From NCBI GenBank assembly GCA_947646295.1, contig CANSGE010000001.1:1-35711 (forward strand): a stretch of 35,711 nucleotides of DNA. Reading direction: 5' to 3'. Shown here piece by piece: positions 9,245-18,020 of this stretch. Made by a program: the position numbers and the translations under genes. Position 1 is the stretch's first letter. The number at the start of each line of letters is the position of its first letter. The notes beneath the pieces were generated by a model. The model searched no databases and was not told where the DNA came from. It saw nothing but the letters and a program-made list of their open reading frames with translations. The DNA comes from an uncultured Bacteroidales bacterium (GTDB lineage: Bacteria > Bacteroidota > Bacteroidia > Bacteroidales > Muribaculaceae).

Positions 9245-9963
9245 GCCTTACTGATTACACCGAGTTTATCTTCACGATACGCGCATTTTGCATCTCCCAT
9301 TTTGGGATAGACGAAAGTAGGATCGGGGATGCGCCATGACTGACCGTAGCGGGCGGCTAAAAACTCTTCAGCATTCGTTGGGACAGGTACTTGCGTTGTT
9401 TCAAAGGACACATATCTTACTGTTCGGTCGAGTGGGAGGAAAAGCTGTATGGGCATCATGCCGCCATGTGCTTCCATGCTCAGTACATTATTGTCATAGC
9501 CGGGGAACATTACAAATACAGTCGTATACGGCCATTTTTCAGGGATATCATCTGATTCGTAGAAGTAAAAGAAATCAATGCTTACACCCTTGTAATAATA
9601 TGTCTCTTCACGTCCCCATTGGCCATTATCGACATTGATGCTACGGTGAAATGTAAACCCTTCTTTTTCAAGAATCTCCTTTAGTGACTCGCCTGCCTCA
9701 TCATACCATACTGCAAGATCGATATCAAGGTCGTGTTTGATGAATCCATGCTCACGCACAGCTCCAAGCATAGTGCCGAAGACTGTGCAATAATTGATCC
9801 CCTGACTTCTCAGCACTTTATCAATGTGATTGAGTGTATCGACACCTTCAGCGAGAAATACCTGATTGCGCTTCATGGATTTTCTGCGCCCGATTGATTT
9901 CTTTATTTGCTTAATACCGGGCAGATTGCTGACTTTTCTGAGTATGTTGTATGCGAAGCCCAT
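9241..9963 (-). CDS. licD: LicD-family phosphotransferase (transfers alditol- or choline-phosphate from a CDP donor)
   Basis: GTMLGAVREHGFIKHDLDIDL and FLAARYGQSWRIP motifs. Confidence 0.85.
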   Translation of the reverse strand: MGFAYNILRKVSNLPGIKQIKKSIGRRKSMKRNQVFLAEGVDTLNHIDKVLRSQGINYCTVFGTMLGAVREHGFIKHDLDIDLAVWYDEAGESLKEILEKEGFTFHRSINVDNGQWGREETYYYKGVSIDFFYFYESDDIPEKWPYTTVFVMFPGYDNNVLSMEAHGGMMPIQLFLPLDRTVRYVSFETTQVPVPTNAEEFLAARYGQSWRIPDPTFVYPKMGDAKCAYREDKLGVISKA

Positions 9964-9970
9964 AAATGTA

Positions 9971-11200
9971 TTATCGTATAATTTTATGTTTATTTTTGAT
10001 GATTATTATAAGTCTGACCATGAGTACGAGCACTTCCGAGATAAATGTGAGAATACAGAGGTTCACGGCCGTGATCTCAAAGAAACAGGCCAATAGGATG
10101 ATTCCCAATACCTGATTCACTGATGCCAGTTCAACGGAATAATTAGCCCACTTGGCTTTCCCAAGAGCTGTTAATGCCGGGAAACCGAACATGTAGCTCG
10201 GAAGTGTGATTGCCACAACGGGCAGCATCCAGCGTAACAAAACCGCTGAACCTGAGAAAGCATCGCCGAACAACATGTCGCAGATTTCAGGAGCCCACCA
10301 CCATATTACGCCGCACCCGACAAAAACGGGGATTTCTATGAGGAGGGTGACTTTAAATAGCTTGTTGAAATCTTTCGTGCGGTTCATGTACGGATAGAAA
10401 CTGTCGGCAATCGGAGTCATGGCAGAGCATCCGACACTGCGGATGCGATCGGCCGACGTATAGTAGCCTACGATTGAACCACCGGGATACATTATTCCTA
10501 ATATCGTGGTATTTGCCACATTATATACAGTGGACGATATGCGTGAAATGAAGTATTGGAATGATTCTTTAACATGGCCTGCCACATCTGCAAGTCTCGG
10601 GATGTGAAGCGACATTTTCAGATTGTATCGGATATCATAATATATCCATGCCAATGCTGTGATTTCCCCAATCATTTGGAAGACGGGTATCAGAAAGTAT
10701 TGGCTTTTGTGACGGAGGAATACGAAAATCAGACATGTGAAGATTCCTTTCATCAGAACAGCTCGGAAAGTAATGATTTTCATGTTCTCCAGGCCACGAT
10801 ACAGATAATCTGGAATCAGACTTGAAAATATCGCATAGAGCAGGTAAAGATACAGCAAAAGAGAATTATCACGTATTACATCAAAAATCAAGGATGATAT
10901 TCCCAGACATATCGCCAGCACGATACCCAGGCCCACCTTGGCCATACTGATACAAGAGACTATATGTTGGATTTCGGATGCATCGTCGCGTGCGTCGCTG
11001 ATGCGCCTTGTCCCGGAAAGACGGAAGCCAAAGTCGATGATGAGCAGAAAGTAGACACTGAAAGCCATCCCGAACCCGATTTTACCGTAAGTCTCAGGTC
11101 CCAGAACACGGGTTATCAGCGGCAACGTGATAAGACTGAAAAGATAATTTGAGAATTGAAGTAAGTATAGATATATAGTATTTTTAAATAGCTTACCCAT
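9971..11200 (-). CDS. wzx: Wzx oligosaccharide flippase
   Basis: NTIYLYLLQFSNYLFSLITLPLITRVLGPETYG, IDFGF and GYYTSADRI motifs; about 12 TM segments. Confidence 0.9.
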   Translation of the reverse strand: MGKLFKNTIYLYLLQFSNYLFSLITLPLITRVLGPETYGKIGFGMAFSVYFLLIIDFGFRLSGTRRISDARDDASEIQHIVSCISMAKVGLGIVLAICLGISSLIFDVIRDNSLLLYLYLLYAIFSSLIPDYLYRGLENMKIITFRAVLMKGIFTCLIFVFLRHKSQYFLIPVFQMIGEITALAWIYYDIRYNLKMSLHIPRLADVAGHVKESFQYFISRISSTVYNVANTTILGIMYPGGSIVGYYTSADRIRSVGCSAMTPIADSFYPYMNRTKDFNKLFKVTLLIEIPVFVGCGVIWWWAPEICDMLFGDAFSGSAVLLRWMLPVVAITLPSYMFGFPALTALGKAKWANYSVELASVNQVLGIILLACFFEITAVNLCILTFISEVLVLMVRLIIIIKNKHKIIR

Positions 11201-11216
11201 GATTATCTAATCATTT

Positions 11217-12356
11217 TTATTTACCAATAGCTGCCCGGAGCTGTGTGCTGCTTGTCCCTTGGGTGTATGGAAAATACACTATTTTTACGCCTAAAGGAGC
11301 AAAAAGACTTTCATAGCGGTTGAAGCGCGGTGTGCCTTTGTAGTCTGATCCTACAAACAGTTTGTCGTATTTCAGGATGTTTTTGAAATAGATATCGCTG
11401 TCTTCCTTCTCGGATTCTATGACCTCATCTACATATTTGCAGTTCCTTACAATTTCCATGCGTTCTTCAAATGGGATGTACGTCGTCTTACCCTTGTGTG
11501 ACGCATCTTTATGAATACCTACTACAAGATAGTCGCACTCGGCCTTTGCATTTCTCAGCAGGTTAAGGTGTCCCACATGAAAGAGGTCAAACGTCCCGCT
11601 CAGATATCCGATAGTCACGCGAGGTTTTGTATTGATTTTTCCTCCCGCAGTCTTATATTCATATGATTGTAATCCGAAAGTGCGCGTGTCATGTTGATAG
11701 CGCTCCAAAACACCTTTGAAAACGGTTTCATATTCCGGTATGAATAGCGTCTGCCGGCCTTCCATGTGCGAGACTATTTCTTTGGCCAGTGGAGACAATA
11801 ACGATAGATCTGTCACATTACCGCCATTGAAGCACGTACCTTTCAGAGATCCCGGCGAAATGTCGAGGATGCGGTTTCCGGTCCCGGCTTTTTCCAATTC
11901 GATATTGAGGCTTTCGATGATGCTTCTCAAGGCGGCTTTAGTCGAGCCGTACAGGGAGAAGAGTGGCGATGATACATGCCCGGCTATACTTACCATCATA
12001 CCGCAATTAAACGGCTCCCTTGCAAGCATTTTTTTGAAAAAACTTAGTAATACAAGCTCCGGTACGATAGTATTCAGCTGAAATGTATTTTGGATTTCTT
12101 TTGGATCGAATGTCTCAAAAGGTGCGACACGACCAAATCCTGCTGAATAAAATACGGTATCGACATCCTGATATTTGGCTAGGAATTTTAAATCGGATGT
12201 TATCAGATTATGTTTCTCGAATCTGATATTCGACGGTACATCACTCGCAGGAGACTTTATGTCTATGATATCGACATAATCGCATTTTTTGGCGAGCTCC
12301 AACGCCACGGCGAGGCCAATGCCGTTGGAGCCGCCTAATACTAATGCTTTCTTCAT
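11217..12356 (-). CDS. Bifunctional SDR oxidoreductase / TagD-type cytidylyltransferase (putative CDP-alditol synthase)
   Basis: N-terminal GGSNGIG and YGSTK (SDR). C-terminal GTFDLFHVGHLNLL, FVGSDY and YTQGTSSTQLR (HxGH nucleotidyltransferase). Confidence 0.85.
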   Translation of the reverse strand: MKKALVLGGSNGIGLAVALELAKKCDYVDIIDIKSPASDVPSNIRFEKHNLITSDLKFLAKYQDVDTVFYSAGFGRVAPFETFDPKEIQNTFQLNTIVPELVLLSFFKKMLAREPFNCGMMVSIAGHVSSPLFSLYGSTKAALRSIIESLNIELEKAGTGNRILDISPGSLKGTCFNGGNVTDLSLLSPLAKEIVSHMEGRQTLFIPEYETVFKGVLERYQHDTRTFGLQSYEYKTAGGKINTKPRVTIGYLSGTFDLFHVGHLNLLRNAKAECDYLVVGIHKDASHKGKTTYIPFEERMEIVRNCKYVDEVIESEKEDSDIYFKNILKYDKLFVGSDYKGTPRFNRYESLFAPLGVKIVYFPYTQGTSSTQLRAAIGK

Positions 12357-12373
12357 TATAGTCGTTTTCCGTT

Positions 12374-13648
12374 TTACAATCTGCCGTCGGCTTCTCCGGC
12401 GGGGAGGGTAGCCTTGACGTCGAAGATTACGTGATTGGGCTTGAGCAGCGACGCGATGTCCATACCTTCGAAGGCTTTGTGGGCTACGGCGGCGATGGCG
12501 GCGTCGAATTTCTTATCGGCCGGGAGTGTATTCACTACCTCGAGGCCGTATTCGTGGCGCACGGCGGCGGGGTTGGCCCAGGGATCGTAGATGGTGATGT
12601 TGAGATTGTATTCGCCAAGGGCCTTGACGATGTCCACTACCTTGGTATTACGCACGTCGGGGCAGTTTTCCTTGAATGTGAAGCCGAGCACGAGGATGTC
12701 GCTTCCGAGCACCTGGATTCCCTTTTTGAGCATGAGTTTGATCACGCGGTCGGCCACGTAGGCTCCCATGCCGTCGTTCATGCGGCGGCCGGCGAGGATG
12801 ATCTCAGGATTGTAGCCGTAGCGCTGGGCGCACTGGGCCAGGTAGTAGGGGTCCACGCCGATGCAGTGGCCGCCTACGAGGCCCGGTTTGAAGGGCAGGA
12901 AGTTCCATTTGGTCGATGCGGCGTCGAGCACGTCCATGGTGTCGATGCCCATCAGGGTGAAGATCTTCGACAGTTCGTTGACGAAGGCGATGTTGATGTC
13001 GCGCTGCGAGTTTTCGATCACTTTGGCGGCTTCGGCCACTTTGATGGTGGGCGCAAGGTGTGTGCCGGCGGTGATCACTGATGAATATACGTCGTTGACG
13101 AGCTTGCCGATTTCGGGAGTCGAGCCCGAGGTGACTTTCTTGATTTTCTCTACGGTGTGGAGCTTGTCGCCGGGGTTGATGCGCTCGGGCGAGTAGCCGG
13201 CGAAGAAGTCCTTGTTGAATTTCAGGCCGCTCACTTTCTCAACCACAGGGATACATTCATCCTCAGTGACGCCGGGGTAAACGGTTGATTCATATACCAC
13301 GATGTCGCCGGGCTTGATTACCTTGCCGACGGTGGTCGATGCTCCGTAGAGCGGGGTGAGGTCGGGGTTGTTGTTTTCGTCCACAGGCGTCGGCACGGCC
13401 ACTACGTAGAAGTTGCAGTCGCGTATTGCCTCGATGTCGGCTGTGCATACGAAGCCATGATTCTTGATGGCATCCTGGAGCAGTTCGTCGCTCACTTCGA
13501 GGGTCGCATCGTGGCCGGCCATGAGGGCCTCGCAGCGGGCGGCGTTCATGTCGAAGCCCACCGTGGGATATTTCGTTGAGAAGAGGCGGGCGAGCGGCAG
13601 GCCTACATAGCCGAGGCCTATCACGCAGATTTTGATGTCTTTTTCCAT
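12374..13648 (-). CDS. UDP-N-acetylhexosamine 6-dehydrogenase (WbpO/TviB family)
   Basis: GLGYVGLPLA, YESTVYPG, GYSPERINPG, GGHCIGVDPYYL and GFTFKENCPDVRN motifs. Confidence 0.93.
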   Translation of the reverse strand: MEKDIKICVIGLGYVGLPLARLFSTKYPTVGFDMNAARCEALMAGHDATLEVSDELLQDAIKNHGFVCTADIEAIRDCNFYVVAVPTPVDENNNPDLTPLYGASTTVGKVIKPGDIVVYESTVYPGVTEDECIPVVEKVSGLKFNKDFFAGYSPERINPGDKLHTVEKIKKVTSGSTPEIGKLVNDVYSSVITAGTHLAPTIKVAEAAKVIENSQRDINIAFVNELSKIFTLMGIDTMDVLDAASTKWNFLPFKPGLVGGHCIGVDPYYLAQCAQRYGYNPEIILAGRRMNDGMGAYVADRVIKLMLKKGIQVLGSDILVLGFTFKENCPDVRNTKVVDIVKALGEYNLNITIYDPWANPAAVRHEYGLEVVNTLPADKKFDAAIAAVAHKAFEGMDIASLLKPNHVIFDVKATLPAGEADGRL

Positions 13649-13681
13649 TCTTATATTTAATAAATGATTCAGGATCAGTCG

Positions 13682-14656
13682 TTATAGATTCTCCCAGTAC
13701 CACTCCACAGCATCGTGCAGCCCATCGCGCATCGAATACCGGGGGGCATATCCCAGCAGAGTGCGGGCTTTGTCGATGGAGGCAAGCGAGTGGGGGATAT
13801 CGCCGGCGCGGTTGGGGCCGTGCGTCGCTTCGATGGCTTTGATGGCCGGGTCTTTCTCTCCGAGAAACTCGCGCAGATAGCCTACAAGCTGATTGAGCGT
13901 GGTGCGCTCGCCGAAAGCCGTGTTGTATATCTGGTTGACGGCCGCGGGATTGGTGGTGGTCATGGCCAGCATATTCATCTGGATGACGTTGTCGATGTAA
14001 GTGAAATCGCGGCTGTACTCGCCGTCACCGTTGATATTGGGAGCCTCGTGATTCATAAACTTCTTCACGAAGAGAGGGATCACGGCTGCATATGCTCCGT
14101 GAGGGTCCTGGCGCCGCCCAAACACGTTGAAGTATCGCAGCCCGATGTACTCCGTGCCGTAGGTGCGGGCGAAGACGTCGGCATACAGCTCGTCGACGTA
14201 TTTGGTGATGGCATATGGCGAAAGTGGCTTTCCGATGACATCCTCCACCTTCGGCAGAGACGCGCTGTCGCCGTAGGTCGACGACGATGCGGCGAAGATG
14301 AACCGCTTCACGCCGGCGTCGCGCGCCGCCACGAGCATATTGAGAAATCCTCCGATGTTGACGTCGTTGGTCGTGATCGGGTCGTTGATCGAGCGGGGTA
14401 CCGAGCCCAGCGCCGCTTCATGGAATACGTATTCCACGCCATCCACAGCCTTGCGGCACGCCTCCAGATCGCGGATGTCGCCCACCTGCATTTCAAATGT
14501 CGTGGGGAAACGCTCGATGAGCGGTATGATATTTTGCCATTTTCCGGTAGCGAAGTTGTCCAGGCAACGTACGCTGTAGCCATTTTCGAGCAGATGCTCA
14601 CAAAGATTTGACCCGATGAAGCCTGCGCCACCGGTCACTAATACTTTTGTTGACAT
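13682..14656 (-). CDS. UDP-GlcNAc(A) 4-epimerase (WbpP/TviC family)
   Basis: TGGAGFIGS, AALGSVPRS, AASSSTYGD, SPYAITK, LRYFNVFG and GAYAAVIP motifs. Confidence 0.92.
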   Translation of the reverse strand: MSTKVLVTGGAGFIGSNLCEHLLENGYSVRCLDNFATGKWQNIIPLIERFPTTFEMQVGDIRDLEACRKAVDGVEYVFHEAALGSVPRSINDPITTNDVNIGGFLNMLVAARDAGVKRFIFAASSSTYGDSASLPKVEDVIGKPLSPYAITKYVDELYADVFARTYGTEYIGLRYFNVFGRRQDPHGAYAAVIPLFVKKFMNHEAPNINGDGEYSRDFTYIDNVIQMNMLAMTTTNPAAVNQIYNTAFGERTTLNQLVGYLREFLGEKDPAIKAIEATHGPNRAGDIPHSLASIDKARTLLGYAPRYSMRDGLHDAVEWYWENL

Positions 14657-14696
14657 TTATAGGTTGTTTATTTTGATTTATAGTCCCGGATCCCGG

Positions 14697-16244
14697 CTAT
14701 GCGATATCCTCGTATTTACGGATTTCGGTATCTATCCGGTTGTGGATGCACGCCGCGATGGTGAAGAGTTTTCTCTCGGGCAAAGAGAGCATCTCCATTG
14801 AAGCCGCTCTTTGCGTCAATATTTCGAGTGTCTGCCGTCGGATAGGGTCTGTCATCCAACGCCCGGCGACGACGAGGAGGCTGCCTGCTTCGGCGGCGTC
14901 ATCATTTGCCAGGGCTGAGAGGAAAAGCTCAGTCCATCTCTTGAAGAGAGCCTTCCGTTGGTCGGCTGTCGCCACATCCTCGATCATGGCGAGCGTCGCC
15001 ACGTCGAAGGCATTTCCGGCGTGTTCCCACAGCGGTGCGATAGCCTCGGGATGTATCTCATCATCCTCATCCGTCAGCCATGAGAGCCTTAGCTTCTGCA
15101 GATAGCTGAGCCGGCTATCCTGCGCCAGCCTGCAGGCTTCATCAAGCACATATTGCAGGCCGTCGCTATCTCTAGATGCGCCTGTAGTGCCGAGAAGCTC
15201 AAGTATCCCTATCTTTTCCTCAATGTTGATTGAGGTGGCATATTTCTTTAAAAGAGCTTTATGCAGCTTTGCATGGCGGTCGGCGCAGAGCCTGCGGTAG
15301 AGCGTCTCATTATCGCTCATGGCCACCTCGGCAAGTTGAAGCCGCAGCTCGAATATCGTTGCAAGCGCCCGGAGCGACGGAAGACTCATCCGGCTCTCTA
15401 TTCTGACATCGATGATGTCACCGATGATTTCATCGTGGATGCTTTTCAGCTCTTTGGCCCAAGCCTTTTTAGCTGCTGTACGCTCCTGACGCTCAAATTC
15501 CGTATAGGCGACTGCTTGCAGATATTCAACTTTCATTCTCAGGGAGTGGCCGGCTCGCTTTTTCAGTTCATTCATTGGCGTTGAGTCTGATATAGCGCAC
15601 CATTCCAGGAATGTTTCGTCGTCAAGCTCGCGTAGGTCGGCATCGTACAGAGTCCGTCTCACCTCGGCCCATTTATCTTGCGCTGCTGGCTCTGTGATTG
15701 CTCGGCTTTGGAGGTACGCACTCACTCTGCGAACCCTTTCGCTGAGTGATACCGCATTGATTCCTTCGAGATATCCGTCAATGATTTTCCTGTATTCCCG
15801 ATATTCCTCGCAGTCATTGCAGCCGCAGGATGCGACGATTGTCCTCAGTGCAAAAATATAGTGGTAAGAGGATATAAGCGGCTCCTCAGCATATGCTTTT
15901 ACCACCTCACCGCACATCTCGGCCAAGGCCTCGCGCCGGCATGCCGCCCCACGGTCATCTTCATCGAAGCCACGGCCGTAGATATATCTGTACAGAGACT
16001 TGATGAGCGGCATCGCCTGCTGTATGTTTGGCTTGCTATAGATCCGCCGCTGCATGTCGGGATACAGCTTATCCATCTCGCGGCGTATCGCCGAACGGTC
16101 CATCCCGAGATCATCATATAGATTGCACAGCAGATTGATGGCATCGATGTTGGCGATGAAATCATCATCCGGCATCGACGGATCCACCGCCAATCTCACC
16201 ATACCGTGCAATTGCTCTGCGATATGTCTTACTTTGTCCGTCAT
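14697..16244 (-). CDS. Hypothetical 515-aa all-alpha protein in the upxZ position
   Basis: Long ORF starting 2 nt after the upxY-fusion stop. Amphipathic helical pattern; no signal peptide or TM segment seen. Confidence 0.8.
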   Translation of the reverse strand: MTDKVRHIAEQLHGMVRLAVDPSMPDDDFIANIDAINLLCNLYDDLGMDRSAIRREMDKLYPDMQRRIYSKPNIQQAMPLIKSLYRYIYGRGFDEDDRGAACRREALAEMCGEVVKAYAEEPLISSYHYIFALRTIVASCGCNDCEEYREYRKIIDGYLEGINAVSLSERVRRVSAYLQSRAITEPAAQDKWAEVRRTLYDADLRELDDETFLEWCAISDSTPMNELKKRAGHSLRMKVEYLQAVAYTEFERQERTAAKKAWAKELKSIHDEIIGDIIDVRIESRMSLPSLRALATIFELRLQLAEVAMSDNETLYRRLCADRHAKLHKALLKKYATSINIEEKIGILELLGTTGASRDSDGLQYVLDEACRLAQDSRLSYLQKLRLSWLTDEDDEIHPEAIAPLWEHAGNAFDVATLAMIEDVATADQRKALFKRWTELFLSALANDDAAEAGSLLVVAGRWMTDPIRRQTLEILTQRAASMEMLSLPERKLFTIAACIHNRIDTEIRKYEDIA

Positions 16245-16246
16245 TT

Positions 16247-17635
16247 TTAGAGGGGCTTTACGTACACTTCCTCGACCTTGACGTCGACGTCGGCCATGAT
16301 AGCATACTTTTCCGAGAGGCGTATGTAGATTTGTCTTGTGTGGGAGTCATCCTTGATATCATAGATTGTGCCCTCATATCCGGCCATCACGCCGCCGGTG
16401 ATGAGTACGTCCCGGCCGATGCCTGCGGGAGCTTCCGTCGTCAGTTCTATCTTGATATCCGGCGTGAAAACTCCTATCATATACTGAAATCCCGACATAC
16501 TGCGCGAGTCGATCACCGAATAGTCGCTGCCGGCCTCCGGGGTGCTTCTGAACACATAGCCCAGCCTTTCGGATTTTATCAGCGCATCCAGCTTGCCGAT
16601 GTGGCGGGGATTGATATAGCTGAATACGATATCCGGGATCACGGGCACCGTCTCCGTCACGATTTTCTTGTCGATGCGGCGGGAGATTTCCTTCTGTGGA
16701 TAAAAAAGCAGGTCGTCATCATAATATTCTTTGCAATTGTTCTTGATGAAACTCTCCAGCGCATCATACGTCACGCCGCGGCGCAACTTTATGGCATACC
16801 ATCTTTTGGCCGATGGTGCGAGGGCCTCCGCCACGCGCTGTTTTATCGCGCTGATTTCTTCAGCTGAGAGCCGGGGGGCGGTCACATGACGCACATAATC
16901 ATATTCATCCGGTATCTCACCCACTACCGCCTTCATCTCGGCGAGCCTCACGCCGCATGCCCGGGCTTTCGCCATCCACAAGGCCGTGATCGTCCCCGGG
17001 GTGAAAACTTGCTGAAGCCTGACATCCTTTGAGCGCAGATATGAGTCGATGGCTTGGATCACTTCGCGGACGAGCTGTGGCTGCCGCTTACGGCTTTGAC
17101 TGAGGTCGAATACGTATTTGCGTCGGTGATGGAAGGCCCTTGGCTTTACGATATCATCAAGTTGGCGGAATTGCGGCCGGTAATCTACAGCCGTCAGACT
17201 GATTGCACTCTCTATGTCGGCCGATGCGTTGAAAAGCAGATACAGCAGCAAGGCCAATTCCGGTTTTGATGCCGCGTCTGTCATCAGGGCATCAAAAATC
17301 TTTTCAATCCTCATCAAGCTCGATTGGAGAGCTTCGGCATGCGGTGGTACATCTGAGGCACACAATTCACGCACGCTGTCAAAAGCTGTGGAGTGCCGCC
17401 CATTGGCTGCGCAATATGCCTTGTGCAAAGCACTTAGTTTCTCAAAATATCTTTTACGGCTTGCCACGGCCATGCCCCGGTCGAGCATATCGGCGACCCA
17501 GAGCCTGAGCAGTTCTTCCAAGGCCATATCCTCACAACCTTTGATCGACGAAAGAAATGATGAGATAGACTTGTAAGCCACAGTCCTGTCAGACTCCCGG
17601 CTTAGCTGTATTGCAACAAATTCTAAGAATGACAT
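16247..17635 (-). CDS. upxY: Fusion of a degenerate tyrosine recombinase (SAM-like plus catalytic-fold remnant) and an UpxY/NusG antiterminator (NGN+KOW)
   Basis: aa ~277-462: KRWYAIK, FYPQKE, PVIPDIVF and KOW GRDVLITGGVMAGYEG. aa 1-80: integrase SAM-like WVADMLDRGMAVASRKRYFEKLSAL. aa ~115-250: integrase box I/II-like pattern lacking the catalytic residues. Confidence 0.8.
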   Translation of the reverse strand: MSFLEFVAIQLSRESDRTVAYKSISSFLSSIKGCEDMALEELLRLWVADMLDRGMAVASRKRYFEKLSALHKAYCAANGRHSTAFDSVRELCASDVPPHAEALQSSLMRIEKIFDALMTDAASKPELALLLYLLFNASADIESAISLTAVDYRPQFRQLDDIVKPRAFHHRRKYVFDLSQSRKRQPQLVREVIQAIDSYLRSKDVRLQQVFTPGTITALWMAKARACGVRLAEMKAVVGEIPDEYDYVRHVTAPRLSAEEISAIKQRVAEALAPSAKRWYAIKLRRGVTYDALESFIKNNCKEYYDDDLLFYPQKEISRRIDKKIVTETVPVIPDIVFSYINPRHIGKLDALIKSERLGYVFRSTPEAGSDYSVIDSRSMSGFQYMIGVFTPDIKIELTTEAPAGIGRDVLITGGVMAGYEGTIYDIKDDSHTRQIYIRLSEKYAIMADVDVKVEEVYVKPL

Positions 17636-17821
17636 TTTGTAAGCAACTGATCAATCGCTGATTGCGATGCGCGGAAACCGAACCTTCCCCGTCAGTTTCT
17701 ATAATACTCGTGATTCCCCTCCCGTATTGCACTACAGCATGAAAGGGGGGCACAGCCCTGATATGAATTGACATTTGTCATTGAGTGGACAATGCCGTTT
17801 TGAATCCTCAAAATTAAGTGA

Positions 17822-17836
17822 CTCTTCGTAAGAGAT
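17822..17836. repeat. Left inverted repeat of the invertible promoter (CTCTTCGTAAGAGAT)
   Basis: Exact reverse complement of 18006-18020. Confidence 0.9.
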
Positions 17837-18005
17837 TTGGAACAAATGGAATTTTGCGACAATCAGTATTTTAGCCCTCCGCCTACACGTAATTTGCTAA
17901 ACATTTCAGCATTATCCGCTTTTGCTGAATGATTTAATTACTTAAAAAGCGGACCGTAATGATGAATAAATGAAGAAAAAATCGTAAATTTGCACCCGTC
18001 TAAGT

Positions 18006-18020
18006 ATCTCTTACGAAGAG
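18006..18020. repeat. Right inverted repeat (ATCTCTTACGAAGAG), inside the dyad GTATCTC-TTACGAA-GAGATAC at 18004-18024
   Basis: Exact reverse complement of 17822-17836; 7-bp arms around a 7-bp asymmetric core. Confidence 0.9.

Larger units (their letters stand above)
17822..18020. promoter_or_regulatory. Invertible (phase-variable) CPS promoter segment, predicted OFF orientation
   Basis: 15-bp perfect inverted repeats enclose a Bacteroidetes -7 box, TAAATTTG(CA) at 17985-17992 on +, which points away from the minus-strand operon. Confidence 0.82.

Noticed and set aside
16810-17635. Integrase-like region as an active integrase or mobile-element boundary
   Set aside because: Catalytic residues appear replaced, it is fused to NusG, and no att duplication or transfer genes are present.
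17809-17816. TAATTTTG on the minus strand just outside the left repeat as a constitutive CPS promoter
   Set aside because: Matches TAnnTTTG, but the nearest TTTG is 26 nt away (consensus about 19-21) and inversion does not create one. Weak basal activity cannot be excluded.
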